A DNA stretch of 64,000 bases from an uncultured Bacillales bacterium. GTDB lineage: Bacteria > Bacillota_I > Bacilli_A > RFN20 > CAG-826. The notes under the pieces are model-generated. The model did no database searches. It worked only from the letters and a program-made list of their open reading frames with translations, and had not been told where the DNA came from. This document shows, piece by piece, positions 1 to 9,235 of the stretch. The stretch's first letter is position 1. Each line of letters starts with the position of its first letter. The position numbers and the translations under genes were made by a program. The stretch spans positions 16,971-80,970 of the forward strand of contig CAMUVS010000002.1 of assembly GCA_947164155.1 (NCBI GenBank). Reading direction: 5' to 3'.

Positions 1-475
1 TAATTCTTAATGGATCTTCTTTAATTCTTATAGCAGGGTCACCCACCATACGAATGACTTTATTTTTTAAATCTTTTTGTCCGTTTACAAAATCTAAAAC
101 ATATAAATTTTTATCTAGATATAATGCATTTATTGTTAAGTCTCTTCGAGGATAATCTTCTTTAATATCTTTAGTGAAAAAAACGACATTTGGGTGTCTA
201 GAATCGACATATCCCGCTTCTTTTCTAAAAGTAGTAAGGTCGAATTTTACGTCTTTATATTTAAATTTTACTGAACCAAAACGTTCAAAAGTATAATCAG
301 CGTTATCTAAAAATGCCTTAGTTTCTTCCGGAGTCGCATCAGTTACTAGATCCATATCAGTTAATGGTATATTTAATAAATAATCTCTAGTAGAACCCCC
401 TACTAAAAATAATTGATAACCATGTTTATTAAATATTTCCGCTAGTTCTTGGAATAAAGATATTTTATAGTCCAT
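1..475 (-). CDS. cca: CCA-adding tRNA nucleotidyltransferase / poly(A) polymerase family, N-terminal part (3' end runs off the window)
   Basis: This ORF is not in the supplied track and is open to the window edge, with its ATG at 473-475. The translation is MDYKISLFQELAEIFNKHGYQLFLVGGSTRDYLLNIPLTDMDLVT...RRDLTINAL. It carries the GGxxRD, DxD and RRD-L-TINA head-domain motifs. Confidence 0.8.
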   Translation of the reverse strand, partial: MDYKISLFQELAEIFNKHGYQLFLVGGSTRDYLLNIPLTDMDLVTDATPEETKAFLDNADYTFERFGSVKFKYKDVKFDLTTFRKEAGYVDSRHPNVVFFTKDIKEDYPRRDLTINALYLDKNLYVLDFVNGQKDLKNKVIRMVGDPAIRIKEDPLRI

Positions 476-502
476 ACAAATATTATATTTATTTTATATA
501 AT

Positions 503-521
503 AAAAAAAGACCCGAAGGTC
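503..521 (-). terminator. Putative short intrinsic terminator after hup
   Basis: The minus strand reads GACC-TTCG-GGTC followed by TTTTTTT. The stem is only 4 bp, closed by a UUCG-type loop. Confidence 0.35.
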
Positions 522-536
522 AATTTTTTATGACGA

Positions 537-821
537 TTATTTGTTGAGCTTTGCTTTGAATTCTTTCGCCAAATGAACTGTAACAGTTTTCTTAGGTTTG
601 ATTTCAATTTCAGTGTGTTTTTTAGGATGTGTTCCTTTTCTACCAGCTTTTGTTTTTGGTTCAAACACACAGAAGTTCTTAACGTTAACAGATTCCCCTT
701 TTAGCAAAGCTTCCATAATGAGATCGAATGTCATATCAACTGATGCTTTTGCATCAACTTTTGATAAGTGCGCTTTCTCAGCAACAAGCTCGATTATCTC
801 ATTCTTGTTGAGCTTTTTCAT
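537..821 (-). CDS. hup: HU-family DNA-binding protein
   Basis: The sequence MKKLNKNEIIELVAEKAHLSKVDAKASVDMTFDLIMEALLKGESV...RKGTHPKK is typical HU/IHF. I moved the start to the ATG at 821, which is preceded by AAGGAG/AAGGGG. The track ORF begins at an upstream alternative start. Confidence 0.9.
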   Translation of the reverse strand: MKKLNKNEIIELVAEKAHLSKVDAKASVDMTFDLIMEALLKGESVNVKNFCVFEPKTKAGRKGTHPKKHTEIEIKPKKTVTVHLAKEFKAKLNK

Positions 822-868
822 CCCCTTAACTCCTTGTTTATTTAAATTAATTATAACCAATAAACAAA

Positions 869-2179
869 CTACTTTCTATGTTTTTTTAAACTTATCTTTA
901 TAGGCGTTCCTTCAAAATTAAATGTCTCTCTAAGTCTATTTTCTAAGTAACGTTGATAAGAAAAATGCATGAATTCAGGATCATTAACAACTAATGAAAT
1001 AGTAGGAGGAGCAGTCAATACTTGTGTTGCATAGTATATTTTTAAGCGCCCCCCATTGAAGTCTGGAGCTTGGTTCATAACCTGTGCTTCTTGAATCACA
1101 TTATTTAAAATCGAAGTTTGGATACGTGTATGATATGCCTCATGTACAAGTAATAAAGATTCAAAGAGCGTATTTATCCTTCTTTTAGTAAGCGCAGAAA
1201 GGAAGACAATTGGGGCGTAATCTAAAAATTTATATTCATTACGAATTAGTTTTTCATAGCTAGACATTGTGTTAGTGTCTTTATCCACTAAATCCCATTT
1301 ATTAACAACGATAATAATTGCTTTATGTAGATCAGTCGCGTATTGAATAACGTGTTTATCTTGTTCAGTAATACCGGTTTTTCCATCTAAAACAAGTAGA
1401 ACTATTTCACTTCTTTCAATTGCTTTTAATGCACGTATCGCAGAATATTTATCAATAGCTTCGTATATTTTTCCTTTTTTCTTAAGTCCAGCAGTATCAA
1501 TAACCACATAATTAACCCCATCTTTATTAAATGGAGTGTCAATTGAATCTCTAGTTGTACCAGATACATCGCTAACAATGACTCTTTCTTGACTTAAAAT
1601 TGCATTTGTTAAAGATGATTTGCCAACATTAGGTCTGCCAATTAAACAGAAGGTTATTGTATCTTCTGAAGCTTCATCTTTATGATCTTCAATTTTATCA
1701 ATAATACGATTTAAAACATCTCCAATACCAACACCGTGGCTACCAGAAACAGGAATTGGTTCACCTAATCCTAAAGAATAAAACTCAGCAGCGTTAGCAG
1801 CTTGAGTTCCTTCATCGATCTTATTCACTAATAAAAGAATTGGTTTTTTAATTTTTCTTAATAATTTAGCAACCATGTGGTCGTCACTAGTAACTCCAAC
1901 TTTACCGTCCACTACAAATAAAATAATGTCGGCCTCTTCAATAGCGATGTTGGCTTGCATTCTAATTTGTTCTTGGAAAGGACGATTAGCGATTTCAATA
2001 CCACCTGTATCAATAAGAGTAAAACTCTTACCTAACCAATTAGCCGTGCCATATAATCGATCTCTAGTGATACCAGCTTCATCATCAACGATTGCTCTTT
2101 TATCACCGATGATACGATTAAAAATCGTTGATTTACCAACGTTAGGACTTCCAACAATAGCAACAACTGCTCTAGCCAT
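869..2179 (-). CDS. der: Ribosome-associated GTPase Der/EngA (two tandem GTPase domains)
   Basis: There are two P-loops, GSPNVGKST and GRPNVGKSS. There are also two DTGG/DTAG and NKID/NKWD motifs and a KH-like C-terminus. Confidence 0.95.
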   Translation of the reverse strand: MARAVVAIVGSPNVGKSTIFNRIIGDKRAIVDDEAGITRDRLYGTANWLGKSFTLIDTGGIEIANRPFQEQIRMQANIAIEEADIILFVVDGKVGVTSDDHMVAKLLRKIKKPILLLVNKIDEGTQAANAAEFYSLGLGEPIPVSGSHGVGIGDVLNRIIDKIEDHKDEASEDTITFCLIGRPNVGKSSLTNAILSQERVIVSDVSGTTRDSIDTPFNKDGVNYVVIDTAGLKKKGKIYEAIDKYSAIRALKAIERSEIVLLVLDGKTGITEQDKHVIQYATDLHKAIIIVVNKWDLVDKDTNTMSSYEKLIRNEYKFLDYAPIVFLSALTKRRINTLFESLLLVHEAYHTRIQTSILNNVIQEAQVMNQAPDFNGGRLKIYYATQVLTAPPTISLVVNDPEFMHFSYQRYLENRLRETFNFEGTPIKISLKKHRK

Positions 2180-2849
2180 TGATACCTTTCTCCGCTAATT
2201 TAGCGTTAATTATCTCAATAACTTTGGTGACTACTTCTTCAACAGTCATAAAAGAAGTATCTAAAGTTAAAGCATCAGGAGCGCATTTAAGTGGGGCAAA
2301 ATCTCTATGAGAATCGATGTAATCTCTTTTTCTAACATCATTTTCAATTTCTTCTAGTGTGCAAGGGATGCCTTTAGCGATATTTTCATCATATCGACGT
2401 ACCGCTCTAGTTTCTACAGAGGCAATTTGGAAAATTTTAACATCTGCGTCAGGAAGAACATAAGTGCCAATATCTCTACCATCCATAATAACAGAATGTT
2501 TAGCCGCCATTGCTCTTTGTTGATCAACTAAAAATAAACGAATATCTTTATAAGAAGCAATATAACTTACATTACCTGAAACACGTGGCTCTCTAATTTC
2601 CTTTGTGACATCAAATTCATTACAAAGTACTTGTCCGCTAGGTCTTAATTTAATCGTCACTTCTGGAATTAACGCGCAGCAGGCCGCCTCATTTTGACAA
2701 TCAACGCCTTTTTCCATGCAATACCAAGTGAAAGCTCGATACATTGCGCCAGTATCAATATATGTATATCCTAAGCGCTTAGCAACTTCCTTAGCAACAG
2801 TAGATTTTCCAGCAGCGGCTGGGCCATCAATAGCAACAGTAATTTTCAT
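2172..2849 (-). CDS. cmk: Cytidylate kinase
   Basis: The N-terminus is MKITVAIDGPAAAGKSTVAKEVAKRLGYTYIDTGAMYRA. The stop overlaps the der start by 8 nt. Confidence 0.95.
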   Translation of the reverse strand: MKITVAIDGPAAAGKSTVAKEVAKRLGYTYIDTGAMYRAFTWYCMEKGVDCQNEAACCALIPEVTIKLRPSGQVLCNEFDVTKEIREPRVSGNVSYIASYKDIRLFLVDQQRAMAAKHSVIMDGRDIGTYVLPDADVKIFQIASVETRAVRRYDENIAKGIPCTLEEIENDVRKRDYIDSHRDFAPLKCAPDALTLDTSFMTVEEVVTKVIEIINAKLAEKGING

Positions 2850-2861
2850 AGTTTTGCCCTC

Positions 2862-3089
2862 CTAAAAAACAATTACTCCAAATATTATTAATAAAGCAAT
2901 AATACAAACAATAGCTAAGACAATTGATAAGTTTATTACTCTATTCTTGATTGCAATTTTCTTAAAAAAACCCGCTTCATCAGCATATTCATCGTGAGTT
3001 GAAGGGGTTTTTAAAACAGGGATATTGTCACTTCTTGCGGCAATAGCTTGACGATATTTGCGATATTTCTCAACTCGTGTCCCTGCCAT
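2862..3089 (-). CDS. Small tail-anchored membrane protein, function unknown
   Basis: This 75-aa ORF has a basic N-terminal half and one C-terminal TM helix (LSIVLAIVCIIALLIIFGVIVF). It is tightly packed between lysS and cmk. Confidence 0.5.
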   Translation of the reverse strand: MAGTRVEKYRKYRQAIAARSDNIPVLKTPSTHDEYADEAGFFKKIAIKNRVINLSIVLAIVCIIALLIIFGVIVF

Positions 3090-3098
3090 AATTTAAAT

Positions 3099-4583
3099 TT
3101 ATCTATCTTTCATCATTGGGAATAAGATAACTTCTCTAATGTTTTCTTGATTTGTTAATAGCATTACAAGTCTATCTATGCCCATTCCAATTCCACCTGC
3201 TGGAGGCATGCCATATTCTAGAGCTTCAATGAAATCATTATCCATTTCATTAGCCTCTTCGTCTCCAAGTTCTTTAGCTTTGAGTTGCGCTAAGAATCTT
3301 TCTTTTTGATCAAATGGATCATTAAGCTCAGTATAGGCATTTGCTAATTCTTTGCCGTTAACAAAAAGTTCAAATCTTTCAGTGTAACGTGGGTCTTTAC
3401 CTTTTTTAGTTAAAGGTGAAACTTCAATTGGATAAGAATATACAAATGTTGGTTGAATGAGTTCTGCTTCACAGAATTCTTCAAAGAATTCATTCATTAC
3501 ATGACCGACTGTGTTTTTATGTTTTTCTAATTTAATACCTTTTTCTTCCGCTAATTTTTTAGCTTCTTCAAAGTCATAAATCTTTCTAAAATCAATACCA
3601 GTCTTTTCTAAAATAAGATCAGCCATAGAAACCCATCTAAATGGTTTATGGAAATCGATAACTTTATCTTGATAAGTGACGATATCACTACCAGTAACAT
3701 CCTTAGCGGCTTTTCTAATCATCCCTTCCGCTAATTTTCTCATTCCCTGTAAATCAGAATAAGCTTGATAAGCTTCAATTGTGGTAAATTCAGGATTATG
3801 AGTAGCATCCATTCCTTCATTACGGAAGAGTCTACCAATTTCATATACTCTTTCCATACCACCGACTAATAATCTTTTAAGATTAAGTTCAGTAGCAATT
3901 CTTAAATAGAAATCTTTATCTAAAGCATTCATATGAGCAACGAATGGTCTAGCATTAGCACCGCCCAAAATTGGAGAAAGCACTGCAGTTTCTACTTCCA
4001 CAAAGCCTTGCGCATCTAAATAAGATTGAATGCTTCTAATAAGTTTTGGACGAGCAAAAGCCACTTTTCTAGATTCTTCATTCATAATTAAATCAAGATA
4101 TCTACGTCTACTTCTTTCTTCAACATCCACTAAGCCATGGAATTTCTCTGGAAGAGGATGTAAGCACTTTGTTAAGTGAGTGTATTTTTCTGCTCTAATG
4201 GTGAGTTCACCGCTACGAGTTTTCATCACGCGTCCATAGACACCAACGATATCTCCAATATCAGCAAGTTTAAATAATTCATATGCTTTCTTACCGACAA
4301 CATCAATACCCATATAAACCTGGATATTTCCTGATTTGTCTTGAATATTCATGAATGAGGCTTTACCCATTCTTCTTAAGTTTTTAATACGACCAGCAAC
4401 AGTCACATATGGCTTATTCTTTTCTAAAGAATTAGGGCTCTTTTTATCAAATAGAGAGTGTACTTCACCAGCTAAATGAGAAACTTTAAAAGCTTTTCCA
4501 AATGGATCAACTTTAAAAGACTCATATTTTTTAAGCTTTTCCCTTCTAACTAATTCTTGATCATTAAGATTTTGATTATCCAT
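3099..4583 (-). CDS. lysS: Lysine--tRNA ligase, class II
   Basis: It has an OB anticodon-binding domain plus class II motifs (FRNEGMDATHNPEFT, GGIGMGIDRLVMLL). I set the start at the ATG at 4583, 8 nt downstream of GGAGG. The track start is an upstream GTG that lies inside that RBS. Confidence 0.95.
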   Translation of the reverse strand: MDNQNLNDQELVRREKLKKYESFKVDPFGKAFKVSHLAGEVHSLFDKKSPNSLEKNKPYVTVAGRIKNLRRMGKASFMNIQDKSGNIQVYMGIDVVGKKAYELFKLADIGDIVGVYGRVMKTRSGELTIRAEKYTHLTKCLHPLPEKFHGLVDVEERSRRRYLDLIMNEESRKVAFARPKLIRSIQSYLDAQGFVEVETAVLSPILGGANARPFVAHMNALDKDFYLRIATELNLKRLLVGGMERVYEIGRLFRNEGMDATHNPEFTTIEAYQAYSDLQGMRKLAEGMIRKAAKDVTGSDIVTYQDKVIDFHKPFRWVSMADLILEKTGIDFRKIYDFEEAKKLAEEKGIKLEKHKNTVGHVMNEFFEEFCEAELIQPTFVYSYPIEVSPLTKKGKDPRYTERFELFVNGKELANAYTELNDPFDQKERFLAQLKAKELGDEEANEMDNDFIEALEYGMPPAGGIGMGIDRLVMLLTNQENIREVILFPMMKDR

Positions 4584-4648
4584 AGATAATGCCTCCACAA
4601 TTAAAATAGTATATAAGAATATTTGACCACTTTGTAGTCAAAATTGAT

Positions 4649-5626
4649 TTATATCACAATTTCTTTTTTATAATCTTCAATAATTCGAAGTAAATCATTA
4701 TAAGAATTTAATTCAGTTGATAACCTACACTTCAATGGTTTAGATTTTGGAAACCCATCAAAAAATTTCGATGCTATGCTTCTATAAACTCTCATTCCAA
4801 TAGCTTCACCTTTTTCTTCAATAAGCAATCTTGCTAATTGCAAACAATAATCGATTTGTTTGTCTAAATTTGGTTCACTTAACTCTTTATCATTAAAATA
4901 GTTATTGATGTTAGTGATAAGTAAAGGATTTCCCATACCGCCACGAGCCACCATAACTCCATCTGCACCTGTAATTTTTAGTGCCTCAACAGCATCTTCA
5001 ACAGTAAAAATATTGCCGCTAATTATGAGTGGGACATTTACGCGTTCTTTTAAATTTTCAATTAGTTCCCAATGTGGCTTACCGCCATACATTTCTTTAG
5101 CACTTCTAGGATGAATTGCAATGAGATCAACTCCTGCTTTAATTGTCTCATCGATAACCTTTAAAAATTGATCTTTTGAATTAGCAGCTCCCAGTCTAAT
5201 TTTAACTGTAACTGGTTTATGAGTAGCTTCTTTAATAGCGCGAACTATATCTCCACAAAGAGTAGGATTATTCATTAAACTAGAACCAGCTCCAGTTTTA
5301 GTAACTTTAGGAACAGGACACCCCATATTGATATCGTAAAAATCGATATTTTCATTTAATTTTTCGCAAATTAATGCCGCTTTTGCCAGATTTTCTGCCG
5401 AATTACCGAATAATTGGACTCCGGTTGGAACATCGAGCTTTTCAAAGGTGACATAGGATTTTGTCTCTTTATTTCCATAGATTAAACCCATATCAGAAAC
5501 CATTTCTGTCACAACATATCCAACTCCAAAAGAAGCACAAAACTTGCGATATGCACTAGAGGTAATTCCTGCCATTGGGGCAAGAACAACATTTGATTTT
5601 ATTTCTAAATTTCCAATCTTAAACAT
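4649..5626 (-). CDS. dus: tRNA-dihydrouridine synthase
   Basis: It shows Dus TIM-barrel motifs: VVLAPMAGITSSAYR, INMGCPVPKV and a catalytic Cys. Confidence 0.9.
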   Translation of the reverse strand: MFKIGNLEIKSNVVLAPMAGITSSAYRKFCASFGVGYVVTEMVSDMGLIYGNKETKSYVTFEKLDVPTGVQLFGNSAENLAKAALICEKLNENIDFYDINMGCPVPKVTKTGAGSSLMNNPTLCGDIVRAIKEATHKPVTVKIRLGAANSKDQFLKVIDETIKAGVDLIAIHPRSAKEMYGGKPHWELIENLKERVNVPLIISGNIFTVEDAVEALKITGADGVMVARGGMGNPLLITNINNYFNDKELSEPNLDKQIDYCLQLARLLIEEKGEAIGMRVYRSIASKFFDGFPKSKPLKCRLSTELNSYNDLLRIIEDYKKEIVI

Positions 5627-5643
5627 ATAAGAAAAAGAGGGGA

Positions 5644-7710
5644 TTATTCCCCCTTATTTTCTCCATCAACAGGTTCTGGCTCAACTTGAACGGTTTCTTC
5701 AACCTTTTCTTTTTCAGCCTTTTTAAGATGACGATGTTCGAGCAAATAATCAATCTCTTCTGCAGTGATTTGTTCATATTCAAGAAGGGTTTTTGCGATT
5801 AATTCGACATCATCTTTATATTTAAGAATAATGCTCTTTGCTTCCTCATGAGCCTCATTAATAATCTTTTGAACTTCAGCGTCAATTTTTTCAGCAGTTG
5901 CTAAAGAGAAATTCTTTTGACTTGAAGTATAATCACGTCCAAGGAAGACGCTTCCAGTATCTCTTTCATATTGAATTGGGCCTAAGGAAGACATACCTAA
6001 TTCGGTAACCATCATACGCGCAATACGAGTTGCCATTTCAATATCGTTTTGAGCTCCAGAAGAAATATCATCAAAGAAAACTTCTTCGGAAGAACGCCCA
6101 CCAAGATAACCCACAATTCTAGCAATAAGTTCTTTGCGTGTGAGCAAAAATCTATCTTCTTCAGGTGTCATACGGACATGTCCGCCTGTATTACCACGAG
6201 GAATAATTGTAATTTTTTGAACTTTATCAGAATGTTCTAACTTCAATCCAATAATAGCGTGCCCTGCTTCGTGATGTGCAACAACTTCACGTTCATGTGC
6301 ATTAAGAGAACGAGAAGATTTAGCTGGACCAGCAATTCTTCTATCAATAGCTTCATCGATTTCAGCAGTAGTAATTTCAGTCTTTCTTCTTCTAACAGCT
6401 AAAATTGCAGCTTCATTCATGATATTTTCAATATCAGCGCCAGAGAAACCAACTGTTCTTTTAGCAATGGCGGTAAAATCAACATCTTTAGCGAGTTTCT
6501 TGTTTCTAGAATGTACTTTAAAGATTGCTTCTCTACCTTCTCTATCTGGTAAGGAAACAGTAATTTTTCTATCGAAACGACCTGCTCTTAATAAAGCTGG
6601 ATCAAGAACATCATCTCTATTAGTTGCAGCCATAACGATAATACCAGAGTTATCAGAGAAACCATCCATCTCAACTAAAAGTTGGTTAAGCGTTTGCTCT
6701 CTTTCATCATTACCACCGCCTAAACCAGCGCCTCTTTGTCTTCCAACAGCATCGATTTCATCAATGAATACTAAACATGGAGCATTTGCTTTAGCGTTTC
6801 TAAACATATCTCTAACTCTACCAGCACCAACACCAACAAACATTTCTACGAAATCAGAGCCAGAAATAGAGAAGAATGGTACTCCAGCTTCTCCAGCAAC
6901 AGCTTTAGCAAGTAAGGTTTTACCAGTACCTGGAGAGCCAACTAATAAGATACCTTTAGGCAATTTAGCCCCAAATCTTGTGAATTTTGTTGGATCTTTA
7001 AGATATTCAACAATTTCTTCCATCTCGGCTTTTTCTTCATCACAACCAGCAACATCTTTAAATCTAACTTTAGAATCTTGAATTCTTCTAGCACGAGATT
7101 TATTGAAATCCATAGCTTGTCTATTAGCCCCGCCAATAGAACCAGACAATCTAGAGAATAGGAAGATTACAATAATCGCACTACCAGCAAGCATGATGAT
7201 AGTTGGTCCCCAACTATCCCACCAGCTAACTTGATAGACATCATTTACAGCAATTGCTTCGGTTGTATAATTTGTAACCCAATAATTAACACTAAATGTA
7301 GGGAGTTGAAGAACGTCATCTTTATTAAATTCACCTTTTGGATTTTCACTTGTAGCAAGTTCAGGAACATAAATCTTGGTTTCTACAACCTTAACAGTCC
7401 AACTGATTTCTTTACTTTCATATGTTGCTTCATCAATTGTGCAAACATATTTAGTGCCGTTAGTTAAAACACCACTTAAAGAAAGATAACTTCCTTCAAA
7501 ATGATGAGTAACTACAGTAGTCTTAACTTGCTTATTTACAAGAGCTTGAATATAAGCTTTTGAAGTTAAAGGAGATGAGTTATCTCTATTTCCAAAAATA
7601 CGATAAGCAAAAATAGCAATTAATCCTGCTACTAAAAGTATAGAAAATATAAAACCAAGGGGAATTCTACGTCTTGGGATATTGTTAGAATTATTGTTGT
7701 TTTCTGGCAT
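5644..7710 (-). CDS. ftsH: ATP-dependent zinc metalloprotease FtsH
   Basis: It has two TM segments, AAA+ Walker A GSPGTGKT, Walker B FIDEIDA, the SRH, and the HEAGHA zinc site. Confidence 0.97.
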   Translation of the reverse strand: MPENNNNSNNIPRRRIPLGFIFSILLVAGLIAIFAYRIFGNRDNSSPLTSKAYIQALVNKQVKTTVVTHHFEGSYLSLSGVLTNGTKYVCTIDEATYESKEISWTVKVVETKIYVPELATSENPKGEFNKDDVLQLPTFSVNYWVTNYTTEAIAVNDVYQVSWWDSWGPTIIMLAGSAIIVIFLFSRLSGSIGGANRQAMDFNKSRARRIQDSKVRFKDVAGCDEEKAEMEEIVEYLKDPTKFTRFGAKLPKGILLVGSPGTGKTLLAKAVAGEAGVPFFSISGSDFVEMFVGVGAGRVRDMFRNAKANAPCLVFIDEIDAVGRQRGAGLGGGNDEREQTLNQLLVEMDGFSDNSGIIVMAATNRDDVLDPALLRAGRFDRKITVSLPDREGREAIFKVHSRNKKLAKDVDFTAIAKRTVGFSGADIENIMNEAAILAVRRRKTEITTAEIDEAIDRRIAGPAKSSRSLNAHEREVVAHHEAGHAIIGLKLEHSDKVQKITIIPRGNTGGHVRMTPEEDRFLLTRKELIARIVGYLGGRSSEEVFFDDISSGAQNDIEMATRIARMMVTELGMSSLGPIQYERDTGSVFLGRDYTSSQKNFSLATAEKIDAEVQKIINEAHEEAKSIILKYKDDVELIAKTLLEYEQITAEEIDYLLEHRHLKKAEKEKVEETVQVEPEPVDGENKGE

Positions 7711-7806
7711 AAAATTTTACCTCCATATCAATATTGATACGATATCTTAAAAAGATATATAGATTATATTAGTTTTTGTATATTTTGAAAAGAAAAATAC
7801 AAGTTC

Positions 7807-9018
7807 TTATTTAACATAAAAACTTAACATATCAGATAATTGAAAGTCTTTTCTATAGCGGGGGATATAGATAACTTCACCATTTTTATTTAAGATGACA
7901 GGCCAAGTTAATCTTTTTCTAAACGGCATTTTCCAATCAATCATAAGTCTAGATGCCTTAGCTTTATACCCATTAATAATAATAAAATCGCTATTTTTTA
8001 TATTTCTTATAGTTAAAGGATAATCATCAAGATTAACATTTCGATCAGTAGTGTCTAAGTTGAAATTAAGATAGAAATATGGAGTGTCTAATACTCCAGG
8101 ACACATTAAAGTGTATTGATACTCTTTTCGTTCAAATTTATTAACGCCAAATTCAAAATTCTCATATTCCTTAAATAAATATAGGCCTTTAAAAATCATA
8201 AATTGACCATTAGGTTTAGAAGATTTTAATACTTTGATTATTTGTCCTACATTCTTCTTTGATAAACTATATGATGCATTAATATTTTTAACTAAATAAT
8301 TAAGCGCATAACACTGGGAGATAAAGTCTAAAGAAATAACATAGTCAACTTCATTTAATCTTTTAATATCGATAGAGTTAAATAATTCGGTTATGTTGTT
8401 ATTTTCTTCGTTAATTTTATTAAGAATTTCTTCTCTTTCATCCTCGCTCATTCTTGACACTATATTCTGTCTAATTTTATTTCGTAAAATAGAGATATCA
8501 AAGTTTGTTTTATCAATGGCATAAGGAACATTATTTTCATCGCAAATTGATTGTAGATAAGACTTCTTTAAATGAAGTAATGGTCTAATAACATTAACTC
8601 CATAAATCATCGTTTCTGAGCTAATTCCATAAAAAATTGGGTTATTTTGACGCTCTTTTTGCATTAAATAGGTCTCAATTAAGTCATCTTGATGATGAGC
8701 GATAAGTGTGGCATCAAAGCCAAATTGAACACATAAATCTTTAAAGTACTTATATCTAATTTCTCTACAAGTAGCTTCAACATTTTTATTGATCTTTTCT
8801 TTTACATCATAAACATGAACTTTAATGTTAAATAGACTAGCGTATTTAACTAAACCATCAACCTCAAGATCACTTTCTTCTCTTATATGATAATTAACAA
8901 CCGCGCATGCAAAATTATATTTATTCTTTGCTAGCAAATGAAATAAAGCCATAGAGTCTGGCCCAAAAGAACACGCTAATAAATATTTCTTGTTTTTATC
9001 TAGATTCAAGTTGTTCAT
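7807..9018 (-). CDS. tilS: tRNA(Ile)-lysidine synthase
   Basis: It has an N-terminal PP-loop variant ([17 protein letters not shown]). The size and the position next to ftsH are typical of Firmicutes. Confidence 0.85.
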   Translation of the reverse strand: MNNLNLDKNKKYLLACSFGPDSMALFHLLAKNKYNFACAVVNYHIREESDLEVDGLVKYASLFNIKVHVYDVKEKINKNVEATCREIRYKYFKDLCVQFGFDATLIAHHQDDLIETYLMQKERQNNPIFYGISSETMIYGVNVIRPLLHLKKSYLQSICDENNVPYAIDKTNFDISILRNKIRQNIVSRMSEDEREEILNKINEENNNITELFNSIDIKRLNEVDYVISLDFISQCYALNYLVKNINASYSLSKKNVGQIIKVLKSSKPNGQFMIFKGLYLFKEYENFEFGVNKFERKEYQYTLMCPGVLDTPYFYLNFNLDTTDRNVNLDDYPLTIRNIKNSDFIIINGYKAKASRLMIDWKMPFRKRLTWPVILNKNGEVIYIPRYRKDFQLSDMLSFYVK

Positions 9019-9235
9019 AACTCGCTCTATCCTTTTTACCTACTTTTTCTACTTTTGAAATAATAGAAAACTCATTATCACCAAACTTGATTGAGATAAT
9101 TTCTCCACCTTTAATATCAAAAGACGGCTTAGCAATTTTATCATTCACTTTAACTAAGCCTCTTTCGCAGAACTCTTTGGCGATAGTTCTTCGTTTGATA
9201 ATTCTAGAATCTTTTAAAAACAAATCTAATCTCAT
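8996..9235 (-). CDS. S4-domain RNA-binding protein (YabO/Hsp15-like)
   Basis: [33 protein letters not shown] is an S4 alpha-L motif. The gene overlaps both mfd (ATGA overlap) and tilS. Confidence 0.75.
   Translation of the reverse strand: MRLDLFLKDSRIIKRRTIAKEFCERGLVKVNDKIAKPSFDIKGGEIISIKFGDNEFSIISKVEKVGKKDRASYEQLESR

Noticed and set aside
6419-7081. A 220-aa plus-strand ORF, plus many similar 60-135-aa ORFs antisense to long genes (for example 598..903, 1875..2198, 37511..37834, 47036..47437, 25875..26135 and 32266..32505).
   Set aside because: Each lies entirely inside a strongly supported gene on the opposite strand (ftsH, hup, der, oppC, the envelope protease and others). They have low-complexity Ser/Leu/Ile-rich translations and no RBS. 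They are shadow ORFs expected in AT-rich DNA.
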